64,000 bases of DNA from Octopus sinensis (taxonomy: Eukaryota): contig NC_042997.1 of NCBI RefSeq assembly GCF_006345805.1, positions 171,616,001 through 171,680,000 on the forward strand. The letters are read 5' to 3'. Below, piece by piece: positions 10,875-22,652 of the stretch (its first letter is position 1; each line of letters opens with the position of its first letter). Below the pieces are notes generated by a model. It searched no databases. It was not told the DNA's origin and was given only the letters and a program-made list of their open reading frames with translations. A program made the translations under genes and the position numbers.

Positions 10875-10959
10875 GCAGCAGCAGCAGCAGCAGCAGCAAA
10901 AACAACAACAACAACAACAGCAACAGCAGCAGCAACAGCAGCAGCAACAACATAGCAAC
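10743..10959 (+). repeat. Copy of the 7578-7689 segment with an expanded (CAA/CAG)n
   Basis: catagatctgctcgattaaagctgacctggagctacacagctactgcagca...agcagcaacaacatagcaac is present at both sites. Confidence 0.85.
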
Positions 10960-11211
10960 ATTAGTACCTGGGTTGATCTGTTCAAATAAAACTCTTTAAG
11001 GATTGCACCCCACCATCTCAAATGACTGAAACAAAGATTAAAAATATAACTGTTTGATAATCACACTTTTTTAAGAGAAATAAGACAAGTGAAATGACTG
11101 GAACTAGAAAACAAAAAGTGGAAAGGATCTTAGAGTTTTGCTTCATCAGGAACTTATTTCTTATGTTTCCAGATGTAAAATGATCTTTATTATTTTACAT
11201 TATTTTACATG

Positions 11212-11633
11212 TAGGCGCAGGAGTGGCTGTGTGGTAAGTAACTTGCTAACCAACCACATGGTTCCGGGTTCAGTCCCACTGCATGGCATCTTGGGCAAGT
11301 GTCTTCTGCTATAACCCCGGGCCGACCAATGCCTTGTGAGTGGATTTGGTAGACGGAAACTGAAAGAAGCCTGTCGTATATATGTATATATATATGTATG
11401 CGTGTGTGTTTGTGTGTCTGTGTTTGTCCCCCTAGCATTGCTTGACAACCAATGCTGGTGTATTAACGTCCCCGTCACTTAGCGGTTCGGCAAAAAGAAA
11501 CCGATAGAATAAGTACTGGGCTTACAAAGAATAAGTCCCGGGGTCGATTTGCTCGACTAAAGGCAGTGCTCCAGCATGGCCGCAGTCAAATGACTGAAAC
11601 AAGTGAAAGAATGAAAGAAAGAATGAATGAAAG
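11212..11633 (+). mobile_element. Full-length tRNA-derived SINE family A (~400 bp with internal TA/TG microsatellite)
   Basis: A-box TGGCTGTGTGG, B-box GGTTCAGTCCC, conserved body, and tail tgactgaaacaag(t)aaaaga. Near-identical copies at 18778, 35181 and 44363. Confidence 0.9.
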
Positions 11634-11659
11634 TAGAGGGTTCGTTGGACACAGTGTGA

Positions 11660-11995
11660 GATGACTGTTGTTATCGCTAGGCCTAACTCATCGTAAAGTC
11701 AATACCACCATGACAGATATCCAAACTACAGTGGAGAAGGCTAACCACTGGATTTGGTTAAAAAGAGACGATGAGTGATGGCTAGAAGAATATTGAGCTT
11801 TATTTGATAACCAGCTGATTTAGCAAGTGGGGAGGGGGCGTTGAGGCCGTCAAGAGGTAGGCCCCAAAACGGTGCACATTCTCTCCTGATGACTCCATAC
11901 ACTTGCTGGCTTCTGGTATGCGGAGTTTTTGACTGGTAGCACTTGCATGTGCAAGTTGTTTTTAATACATCAATTGATTTATCTCTTTGTCTATC
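11660..11995 (+). mobile_element. Possible 3' end of an RLE-type LINE (NeSL/HERO-like)
   Basis: Translation ...TVEKANHWIWLKRDDE resembles the C-terminal W-x-W-LKR motif of these elements, followed by a GC-richer 3' UTR. Recognised from memory only. Confidence 0.35.
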
Positions 11996-12004
11996 TGGTC
12001 GTCT

Positions 12005-12225
12005 ATTAATCCTTTCTACTAAAGGCACAAGGCCTGAAATTTGGGAGGAGGGGGTGTAGTCGAGTACTTCGACCCCAGTGTTTCACTAGTACTTAATTTA
12101 TTGACCCCGAAAGGATGAAAGGCAAAGTCGACCTCGGTGGAATTTGAACACAGCATGTAACAATGAGTGAAACAGCGCTAAGTATTTTGTCCAGTGTGCT
12201 GATGATTCTGCCAGCTTGCCACCTT
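12005..12225 (-). mobile_element. SINE family B, full length, with a probable 16-bp target-site duplication
   Basis: Head aaggtggcaagctggcagaatc and central gcctttcatcctttcggggtcaataaattaagtac. Flanks ctggtcgtctattaat / ctggctgtctattaat. Confidence 0.85.
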
Positions 12226-12674
12226 CTGGCTGTCTATTAATAATATATCTATCACATTCTATTTCATTAAGTTGCATTTAATTATATTTATTTACCTAGA
12301 TGCCTGTGTAACCATTCATCCACCAATTTGCCTACATGCATACATACATACATACATACATACATATGTGTGTGTCTGTGTGTGTGTGTGTAGGAAGAAG
12401 GATAGGGTTAGGGGCTAATTTGCGGTGAGGCAGTAAAATAAGGCTGTTCTGATGAGATTGTCAATTTATGGTTGGTTAATTTATTAGGTGTATATCCCTT
12501 TAGCATTTAAGCTGGCTATTCCAGCCTATAAAATAAGTAGTACCTATTTTATAGTCAAATGCTAAGGTGGAGGTAATTATAATAATGGTTTCAAATTTTG
12601 TCACAAGGGCAGCAATTTGGGGGGAGGGTATGAGTCACTTATATCGACCCCAGTGTTCATCTGGTACTTAATTG

Positions 12675-13420
12675 ATACAGTGTATACTTTTAGTGCTGAT
12701 ATCAGAATGGAGTTCAGACTGAGAAAGTGTGGTGTGTTAGTCTTGAAGAGAGGCAAAATCAAATGTATGGACAGGCTATTGACACCGTCGGGGTAGATTA
12801 TGAAGCAGATAGAAAAGATGGGCTATAAGTACTTGGGGATTTTGGAAATGGATAAATTGATGGAGAAAGAAATAACAGAAAAATTTAAGGTGGAGTACTT
12901 GCGCAGACTGAGACTGATCCTTAAGTTGAAAGTAAATGGATGGAATAAGATTGAAGCTATCAACACCTGTGCAGTTTCACTCCTTAGATGTGGAGCAGGG
13001 GTAATCGCATGGACAGTCGACTTTGCCTTTCATCCTTTCGGGGTCAATAAATTAAGTACCAGTGAAACACTGGGGTCGAAGTACTCAACTACACCCCCCC
13101 CCAAATTTCAGGCCTTTTGCCTTTAGTAGAAAGGATTAATAGACGACCAGATAGACAAAGAGACAAATCAATTGATGTATTGAAAACAACTTGCACATGC
13201 AAGTGCTACCAGTCAAAAACTCCGCATACCAGAACGGCTTAGACAGAAAGTTGCTAACTAGATATGGGACACTCCTCCACTCAAAAAGTGACAGATAGAT
13301 TGTATATACCAAGAAAAATGGGAAGAGGACTTATTGGATGTGAACACAGCATTAGAGTAGAAAAAAACAACATAGCATGGTATGTAAAAAAATTCCGCAG
13401 AACTTCTATTATTAGAATAG
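12675..13420 (+). pseudogene. R4/Dong-like LINE RT C-terminal fragment, interrupted at 13016-13234
   Basis: MEFRLRKCGVLVLKRGK...YKYLGILE...EYLRRLRLILKLKVNGWNKIEAINTCAVSLLRCGAGVIAWT, resuming LDRKLLT...RLYIPRKMGRGLIGCE. Followed by (TAA)n. Confidence 0.75.
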
Positions 13421-13435
13421 AAGCTGCGCAAAGGC

Positions 13436-13477
<42 letters not shown>

Positions 13478-13496
13478 CATAATGATAATGATGATA

Positions 13497-13551
<55 letters not shown>

Positions 13552-13552
13552 G
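13436..13552. repeat. (TAA)n microsatellite
   Basis: Directly visible. Confidence 0.95.
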
Positions 13553-14826
13553 TCTACATCAACATAAAAGCATTCACTGTTTCCAACAGGCATCCACTGT
13601 TTCCAACATCAGCTGTAATCTCCGAGCAGAACAAAACTGAAGCCAAGCAGCCAGCTAGACAATTATGATACACATGTTATCTACATAATTTCATGACAGT
13701 ATAATAACGAATTCAGCGGAGTACAAATATTTATGTGTGTCCTGGAAAATAATATTTACTATAACATTTAGTTAATGTTCGAAATTTACATGTATATTCT
13801 GTGGCTGTTGCATTGTAATTTTGACCTACAGAGAAAGATAGCTTGTTCCATATAGTACAGGAATAAGGACAGATTAATGTTTAACGATTGTGGTCTATAT
13901 AATATACTTCTACACTGTTATTATTGTACCTTTTGGTACAATTCTTAAAATAAGTGTTATTTGAAAGTTATTTTATCGACAATTAAAAGCTTGGATAAGA
14001 TGTTGTGACTCTAAAATCTTAACTCATATATGTTTTATGATTTTAGGCATGTATAGTTAATTATGAAGTCAGCATTCCAAACACATGTCTTCTATTATAG
14101 CTTTGAGTCGATGAAAAACTTGTAAGTAGATTTGGTAAACAGAAATGGAAAGGAGCATTGTAGTTTTGTGGTATGGAACAAAGCAGGCCTTGCCATCCAC
14201 TCAAGAAAATGTAGTAAATGATTCAAATTTGATAGGCAAATTCATTATGTAAAAAGTAGGCATTGGGTCAAGACCAGAAATGCAAAGACTTGGCAATAAC
14301 TTAGGCAATAACTCAAGCAAATTTTACAGTGACTTTGTTGTTATAGGTAGATTTTACTGTTATATGTAACTAATTTTTGCATTATTCAATTTATTGTACT
14401 ACCTAATTATGTACTACTACTATTTTTTATAACCTATTTTCAAATTTCTAATTATTAATTGATAATTAAAAAAATGAATTTTTTTAAAGTGCAAAAAATA
14501 TTTTGAGTTATTTTTTAATTTTTAATAGAAGTAACAAGTAATAACAAATAAAAGTAATAACTTGCAATAAAATTTTTAGTTTTAATAAAAGCTAATATTT
14601 TCTAAATCTAAATATTTTATATGAAATTTTATCTTTAACTGCAATATTTTAAGTAAAAATTTTCTTGTTCTGTACTTTTCCAGATGTAATAACTTGTCCT
14701 GAACTTTTCCAGGTTTATAATCTTTAGAATATTATTTCTCTTGCTCACATTTTTCCATGTAATATATATATATATATAGGCAATAATCTAGTAGCTCTGC
14801 ATCGACAAGAGTTGAAAAACTATAGA

Positions 14827-15049
14827 AAAAAGTGAAAGGGATACAGTGAACTTGCTGTGAGGAGTGGAATATCCATTTTGGATTCAATCCTTTGTCAGGG
14901 GCAGAGAAAAAGAAAAGAAAGAGAGAGAATGTAAACTCTGTTTGACTTTTTTCTCTTTTTCTTCTGTTTTTCTCTGTCTCCTGATGAAAGACTGAATCTG
15001 AAACATTGGATATTCCACTCCTCACGACAAGTTTATTGTACCCCATTCA

Positions 15050-15054
<5 letters not shown>
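14827..15054. repeat. Imperfect inverted duplication (~100-bp arms) of a hammerhead-bearing mini-element between (TA)n tracts
   Basis: aaaagtgaaagggatacagtgaacttgctgtgaggagtggaatatcca pairs with tggatattccactcctcacgacaagtttattgtaccccattcactttt. CTGATGA at 14981 and GAAA at 15000. Confidence 0.75.
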
Positions 15055-15080
<26 letters not shown>

Positions 15081-15179
15081 TTGCACACACACACACACAT
15101 ATACACATACGTGCATATACATACACACACACACATGCATATACATATATATATGTATATATAATATACATATATATGC

Positions 15180-15430
15180 ATATATCTGTAAATGTAATAT
15201 GTGACAATTATTCAGTAGCCATGATAAAACTCCAAGTTTCAGATGCCGAGGTGGAAATCCACGCCACTAGCTCTTCAGTTATCCACCCATCAGAAAAAAA
15301 TGCTATGAAAACGAGTTTTATCATGGCTACCGAATAAGTGTCACATATTACATTTACAGATAAATTCCTCTATTTACATAATATCAAGGTCTCTTTCATT
15401 CTTTTGTTGTCTTACCATTTTTATCAATAT
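15180..15430. repeat. Inverted duplication of the 5150-family mini-element; minus-strand arm carries a hammerhead-like motif
   Basis: tctgtaaatgtaatatgtgacaattattcagtagccatgataaaactc (15185-15232) is inverted at 15313-15360. Confidence 0.75.
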
Positions 15431-15454
15431 ATATGCATATATGTATATATATAT

Positions 15455-15745
15455 ATATGCATATATGGGTACAGGACGTCACCAACAGTAAACAACATAA
15501 AATACGCAAACAAATGAGTTCAATATGCAAACGAGGGAAACAAATGAAAAACAGGACAGGTAACGCAAAGAACAACCCTTCATCAGTTGTCGGCTGTCTA
15601 TCTACTCCTCATTTCGAGCATTGAACAATAATATGAGCCTTCAAAGACAGTTGCTCCCATAAGTACCAAAATAAAATTTTGGATATATGGAGGGTCAATG
15701 TTGGGAGCAACTGTCTTTGAAGACTCATATTGTTATTCAATGCTC
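15455..15745. repeat. Penelope-like-associated repeat fragment with a 44-bp inverted repeat
   Basis: gagcattgaacaataatatgagccttcaaagacagttgctccca (~15617-15660) is inverted at ~15702-15745. Confidence 0.55.
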
Positions 15746-16108
15746 ACCATCTGATCTTGGTAGAAATTTTTCTCATCTGAGAAAAACCAAAGCATGTTCA
15801 ATTGGAGGGGATGCTTGAGTTTTTTTTTCAAAAGCTTCATAGCTTGTTCTTTCCTCTTGCACTTGATGGCTTGGGATAAAAATTGGCCCTTTCACATCTT
15901 CTATGAAGAATACTGAATATCTTCATGCAGTATAGCAGGTCATTTCCAAATTTCTAGCAGAGTGAATTGCGTCATGGTGCTGTTTTTCTCATAGATAGTG
16001 CCCAAGTGACCCTACTATACTGTGTAGCTGACAAAATCAAAAACAAACAATGCACATGAGCGAAATTAAAAATATAAAATAGCAACAGTTTACCCATCGC
16101 ACCCTGTA
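15746..16108 (-). mobile_element. maT/DD37D-like transposon 5' fragment with TIR
   Basis: Reverse translation KHPLQLNMLWFFSDEKNFYQDQ. Terminus gcaccctg-TA matches the element at 53451-54295. Confidence 0.65.
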
Positions 16109-17189
16109 TATGTGTGGAAGTGGTTGGGTTATGTGTCCTTGTCTTGACAATTACCTTGCTCGTAAACAGGTAAATTTTAATGACAAAAGTCATGTGTTGT
16201 AGAAAATCTGTTTCAAGTGATCATTAAAAAAAGCGATCATAAAAACAATGATGGCTATGATGATGATTAACAGTTCAGCAAAAGAGATTGGTAGAAAAAG
16301 TAGTAGGCTTTAAAAAAAAATAAGTCCTGGGGTCGATTTGTTTGACTAAAACCCTTCAAGGCAGTGCTCCAGTATGGCTGCAGTCCAGTGACTGAAACAA
16401 GTAAGAGAATACAAGGATATATAAATATCTACACACATACATGCAGACACAAATGAACATATACACAAACACATCCTTTTATGTATGTATGTATATTGTA
16501 CACACTAGCACGCACACACACACACACACTCGGAATCACAACTGCATAAGTACACTCATAATCACATACATTCAGGCCAATACATATATTCATGCACAAC
16601 TGCATCTATGCACATGCATTCACTCATTGATATGCATATTTATTGACAAATGCATCTATCTCAAAAAACACACCCAGCTTCAACAATATAAAGGATTCCA
16701 CACACCTAAAAACTACCAACATTCAACTGTGCACACAAATACATCCCTGCACACGCAACCATATCCATGCATACAACAGCATACACAATCATATTTGTAC
16801 ACACCTACATACAAACATCTACTGACAAATATATGTACACATTATTATGCAAAAGTCTCAGTTTTTCTCTTTGTCACTTTTTTCACTCTTTCTCTATCTT
16901 TCTTTCAATTCTCACATTCCTCTCTAATTATCTCTTTCATTTCCCCTTTCCTATTATTTCTTCCTTTTACCCTTATTCCTTTTCTATCCTCTCTCTCTCT
17001 CCCGCCTTTTCTATCTTCTAATTTTTCACATCCTTGTCTCACTCTCTCTCTCTTTAGTTACCACCATTTTTTTCTCTCTCTACTACCTTTCTCTTAGACA
17101 TCATCTCTGTCTGCCTTTTTTTCTCTTTTTGTTGGACTTTCTTCTATTTACGCTATCTTTTTCTATTTACCTCCTCATTTTATGCTTCT

Positions 17190-17326
17190 CTTTGTCTCAA
17201 CGACTCTCAGTCACTCTCTCTCCTTCTCTCTCCCTTTCTCTCTCTCTCTATCTGTCTGACTGTCTGTCTATCTATCTATTTGTCTGTCTGTCTGTCTATC
17301 TATCTATCTCTCTATCTGTCAATCTG

Positions 17327-17357
<31 letters not shown>

Positions 17358-17374
17358 CTCTATCTGTCAATCTG

Positions 17375-17421
<47 letters not shown>

Positions 17422-17466
17422 GTCTGTCTGTTTGTCTGTCTGTCAATCTGTCTATCTATCTATCTA

Positions 17467-17499
<33 letters not shown>

Positions 17500-17502
17500 G
17501 TT

Positions 17503-17563
<61 letters not shown>

Positions 17564-17576
17564 GTTTGTCTGTCTG

Positions 17577-17643
<67 letters not shown>

Positions 17644-17680
17644 GTTTGTCTGTCTGTCTATCTATCTATCTATCTATCTC
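17190..17680. repeat. Long (TCTA)n/(TCTG)n tetranucleotide array
   Basis: Directly visible, about 490 bp. Confidence 0.95.
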
Positions 17681-17844
17681 AGCTTTTCTCGCTCTCTGTA
17701 GCTACCAACCTACCTACCTCAATCTCTCTTTCAGAATCAATTTACTTTTCTCTATCAATTCAATATCCTTTTTAACCATCCAAACTAATATAGATTCCTG
17801 TACATAATAGGTTTCCTTCTAACATGGTTTTGTTGCTAGGTTAC

Positions 17845-17973
17845 AGAAGTTCCAGCCAAAGGGCCAATGTTCTTTGTTGAATTTTTATTTTCCACGAGTT
17901 TATCTTTTTGTCTTTCACAGACTCTGAAGCCAGAATCAAAACTTTGTCCATTATTAGACCTTTGCTGGAAGAA
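17845..17973 (-). CDS. Candidate internal exon (phase 2/2) of an unidentified gene
   Basis: Acceptor ttttatctcag, weak donor GTAACC, open frame SSSKGLIMDKVLILASESVKDKKINSWKIKIQQRTLALWLEL. Confidence 0.22.
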
Positions 17974-18777
17974 CTGAGATAAAATATATCAGTATTAGTT
18001 TTTACAAGAATCAGATGCTGCAGTGTGCAAGAGAAAAGACTGTTGGTATAGAGACATGTAATGAAGATGCAAAATGAATGGTAATGTGAAGAAGGGAAGG
18101 GAGGAATGGTAAGATGAAGAAGGGAAGAGAGATCCAAATGGAAGGAACCTGTGGAAGGAGGAGGTGGAAAAGACGTGGGAAGTGTTGAAGACTGATTCCA
18201 AGATGTTGAACCTTAACAAAATGATAACAAGGGACTGTAACTGGATGGGCTTTATTCTTTTAATCTTTTACTCTTTTGCATATTTCAGTCATTTGACAGT
18301 GGCCATGCTGGAGCACCGTCTTAAAGGGTTATAGTCGGAAAAAATTGACCCCCCACAACTAATTCTTTGTAAGCCTAGTACTTACCAATCTCTTTTGCCA
18401 AACCACTAAATTACAGAGGCATAAACACATCAGCATTATTTGTCAAGGAGAGGATGGGACAAAAACACAGACATACACATACACACACATATATCGTTGC
18501 TATTATGGAAAAGTGGCATAAATCCAAATGTTGCTTTTTCAGAAAACAAAAAAAAAAAAGGAAAATAGTTTCACTATTCCATAGTAAAACCGTTGTAGTA
18601 CACTTTGATAATTTTTGATGTCTTGGCATCTGAAGCAGATGGAGATGTGATAGTTTGACCAAAAGAACTGGTTATTGTAATCAAAAATAAATACTGAAAA
18701 ACCGTATTTGGCCAAATTTAGACAAATAGTAGTTTAACTTAATAGCAACAAGATATGTATATATATATATATATATA

Positions 18778-18943
18778 TAGGTGCAGGAGTGACTGTGTGG
18801 TAAGTAGCTTGCTAACCAACCACATGGTTCCGGGTTCAGTCCCACTGCGTGGCACCTTGGGCAAGTGTCTTCTGCTATGGCTCCAGGCCAAGCAATGCCT
18901 TGTGAGTGGATTTGGTAGACGGAAACTGAAAGAAGCCTGTCGC

Positions 18944-18983
<40 letters not shown>

Positions 18984-19183
18984 TTGTGTGTCTGTGTTTG
19001 TCCCCCTAGCATTGCTTGACAACCGATGCTGGTGTGTTTACATCCCCGTCACTTAGCGGTTCGGCAAAAGAGACCGATAGAATAAGTACTGGGCTTACAA
19101 AGAATAAGTCCCGGGGTCGATTTGCTCGACTAAAGGCGATGCTCCAGCATGGCCGCAGTCAAATGACTGAAACAAGTAAAAGA
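18778..19183 (+). mobile_element. Full-length SINE family A
   Basis: Near-identical to 11212-11633. Confidence 0.9.
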
Positions 19184-19799
19184 GTATACATGACAGGCTT
19201 CTTTCAGTTTCCGTTCTACCAAATCCACTCACAAGACTTTTGTGGGCCCAAGGCCTTTGTAGAAGACACTTGCTCCAGGTGTCACACAGTGGGACTGAAC
19301 CTGGAGGCATGTGGTTGAGAAGCTAGCTTCTTACTACACAGCCACACCTGTGCCTAACTTCATCAGATTCTTAAAATATTTCTTCCCCAAACACCTATTT
19401 ACTCACTACAAAACTTAGGTGTGACTTACAACCGAGCACTGATTCCACTGCTAGGATACTGTTACAACACACACACACGCTTCATTTCACTTCACCTTTA
19501 TCCATGTTCTTGCTTGATGAGGCTGGGGTCACCCCAGGTTAGTGGTCCCAGAGATGTCATCATGTGTAGAGCCAACTAGGTCCACCAGTGCTCTCAATCG
19601 CTGGTGGTCCCATGCCAGCCCCTCTGCATCCTTGCATATACACACATGCACACACACACACACACACACACACACGCAGATACACAAAGAGATACATACA
19701 GAGATTCACACACAGATACACACACATACACACGTGCATGTCTGGGATTTAAAAAAAGGATCAAAGGTCCATCCCAAGCCATAGGCTCTCATAAGGTCA

Positions 19800-20745
19800 G
19801 TCTTCTGGATTCTGTAATGCAAAAAGTAAAGTTACGTTCTTGGTTTATATCACCTCATAAGGGCCGGTTTCCTGATTTCATGGCATATATATTCCCCACT
19901 TGGATGGGATGCCAGTCTGTGACAGGATTACTCATTTTTGCCAGCTGAGTTGACTGGAGCAACGTAAAATGAAGTGTTTTGCTCAAGAACACAATGTGTC
20001 GCCCAGTCCAGGAATTGAAACCACAATCTTATGATCATGATGCTGACACCCTAACCACTAAGCCACATGCCTCCACAAATAATAAATGCGCCCTTTTAAA
20101 GCCTAGCCAGGCTCATGGGACCGGTTTCCCAGTTTCAATGGCACATGTGTTCCCAAGCTGGACAGGACGCAGTCTATCGCAGCGTTACTCATTTTTGCCA
20201 GCTGAGTGGACTGGAGCAACATGAAATGAAGCATTTTGCTTAAGAACACAATGCATTGCTGGGTCCAGGAATCAAAGTCACAATCTATAGCCTCAGGCCG
20301 ACCAAAGCCTTGTGAGTGGATTTGGTAGACAGAAACAGCAAGAAGCCCGTTGTATATATGTATATATATATGTATGTGTGTCTGTGTTTGTCCCAACATC
20401 GCTTGACAACCAATGCTGGTATGTTTATGTCCCTGTAACACATTAGCAGTTCTGCAAAAGAGACCAATAGAATAAGTACTAGGCTTACAAAAATAAGTCC
20501 TGGGGTCAATTTGTTCAATATGTTAATCACTAAGACTCCACTCTGTATTCTGTAGCATATATACGCCCCCTGGACTAGGTACCAGTCTGTCACAGAGTTA
20601 TTCATTTTTATTAGCTTAGTGGTCTAGAGTTACATGAAATGAAGTGTTTTGTTCATGAATACAACACATCACCCAATCCTGGGATTGAAACCACAGTCTT
20701 AGAATTATGGGTGCAACACTTTAAGCACTAAGCCATGTGCCTTTA
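19800..20745 (-). mobile_element. Cluster of SINE family C copies (19800-20070, 20085-20285, 20560-20745) with an intervening family A body
   Basis: Reverse complement head gtggaggcatgtggcttagtggttagggtgtcagc...ggtttcaattcc, then gtgttcttgagcaaaacacttcatttcatgttgctccagtccactcagctggcaaaaatgag. Further copies near 31030-31225, 50870-51000 and 54370-54590. Confidence 0.8.
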
Positions 20746-21113
20746 CATATCTGGGATTTCATCCAAAGTAAGGATATTCTACTGATTTGGTAAGAATTCA
20801 TTCACAAATACATTCCAACCTCTGACCCACAGACATTTTTGTTTCTCTCTCTGCCTTTTCTACCACTACTGTAATGGTCTCTACTCTCTAGAGCTCGGAC
20901 TTGTGTTTCCTCCACTCTGTACATCTGACACATTTCACTCCCCTCCTGTCATCACATTTGTCTCTATAATCCCAGGCTTGCATCAACCTCTATATCTACT
21001 CCTAGAACCTTCTCTTCATATGTGATTTTGCACCCACCTTAATTTCCTTCTCTGTACATTTTTTTTTCTTTCAGCTGTTGGAAAGGAATTTTAATCATGT
21101 TGATCTTGTAGTG

Positions 21114-21470
21114 TTCTGTTGTGTCTGGGGAGAGTCATTTTCTTTTTGTGCTTTATAATTTAACACACTCACCAGTAAAATTTCCACTTATTTCTTATAT
21201 TTATTTTCCTAAAATTTTCGTTGTGTCTTGCAGCCTTTTCAATAGTCTTGACTATTGAAAATGTTGCAAGATGCAAAGAAAATTTTAGGAAAGTAAAAAT
21301 AAGAAATAAGTGGAAATTTTACTGGTGAGTGTGTTAAATTATAAGGCACAAAAAGAAAATGACTCTCCCCAGACACAACAGAATATGCTTCAACACACGA
21401 AATCATATAAAGAATCTTGTAAACCAAATCCAAAAACGGTCTTGTAGTGAGTTGAACCCTAACCACTAGG
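21114..21470. repeat. Interspersed repeat family X forming a 270-bp palindrome (21114-21383)
   Basis: The same sequence occurs singly at ~30340-30545 (+) and ~44090-44295 (-). Axis is ttttcaatagtc-tt-gactattgaaaa. Confidence 0.85.
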
Positions 21471-22148
21471 CACCCAGTCAGGCATCACAAGTGAAACAGC
21501 ACGGTTTCATGTGATTGATCTATAAATCGATCAATCATTATGGGGATGTTGTAGGATATGGCTTCTCAGGTGTTCTAAACTTTCACTCCTTTTCACCTTA
21601 TAAAAGCCATTTAGCATCAGACAGATTGTTGGAGGCAGTTGAATGATTCACACACCTCACCTTTTCGCCAAGCAGATGACCTCCAGCATTTGTGCAGACA
21701 GCTTTGGACTTTGCATAGAGGATTCTTGGACAGACTGATTATGAACATTCACATAATATCCCATAAGTAGCATTTATGGACACATCATGGTTTTTCTCTC
21801 CTCCCAGTTGGCAAGTGTGTCATTAACGTTTTTCATTGTAAATAGCCAATATAAATATCATGTACAGCAATAAATATTAACATTAAAAAGTTCGTGGGTT
21901 TGTCTCAGTTATTATTCATGCAGCCAATGACATTCCATATGTACATTACAGCAATAATAATAATAAATAATATTTCATTGGTCATTACATTCTGAGTTCA
22001 AATTCCTTCGAGGCCAACTTTGCCTTTCATCCTCTTGGTGGGGGTCGATAAAATAAGCAACAGTTAAATATAATTGACTCAGCCTCCACCTCAAAAAATT
22101 GCTGGTCTTGTGCCAGAATTATTATTATTAGGATTATTATTATTATTG

Positions 22149-22180
<32 letters not shown>

Positions 22181-22652
22181 GAGTGAGAGAGCAGTGCATG
22201 CCATCAAAGTGACCCTGGGGTAAAATATATGGAGCCCAGTATACCCATCATGACAACCCGCCTGATAAGGGTACACCAGGCACATGTATCACAACCAAAT
22301 GTGCGCAACATGGTGATCTCATATCAAGATAAACAGCGCATGACCTTGCAGGTGGGGCCCAATTAGAAATTTCTTCTGCTCGAGTGGCCCATCCTGCTCA
22401 AAAGGCCCCTGAATAAGGATTATTTAAGGCTGTTGAATGAAACGCCCATGTTTCCAGAGGTGAATTATTCAAACCCCAAAGAATCTCTCTCAACACATGG
22501 CTATGATACTCCCCCACTACTTCTGCTTGTAATCAGAGGTGCACATATCGTCAGCCACTAAGGGACTTGCTCAGCTGGTTAAGATCAAGCAAACTGACAA
22601 GCAAGCTTGTGGTATTGAGCAGAATATTTGCTGTAGCCCATCTTTTATGCCA
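22181..22652. mobile_element. Interspersed repeat embedded in (TTA)n, unclassified (possibly R4/Dong-related)
   Basis: A GC-richer 470-bp block starting gagtgagagagcagtgcatgccatcaaagtgac is bounded by TTA/ATC microsatellites. Confidence 0.45.

Noticed and set aside
11212-11290. tRNA-like sequences with A and B boxes at many sites
   Set aside because: They continue into SINE bodies and do not form complete cloverleaves, so they are SINE heads, not tRNA genes.
11826-11906. CTGATGA with nearby ggcc/ggcc and gcaagtg/cacttgc pairings
   Set aside because: No intact GAAA in a position compatible with any hammerhead topology.
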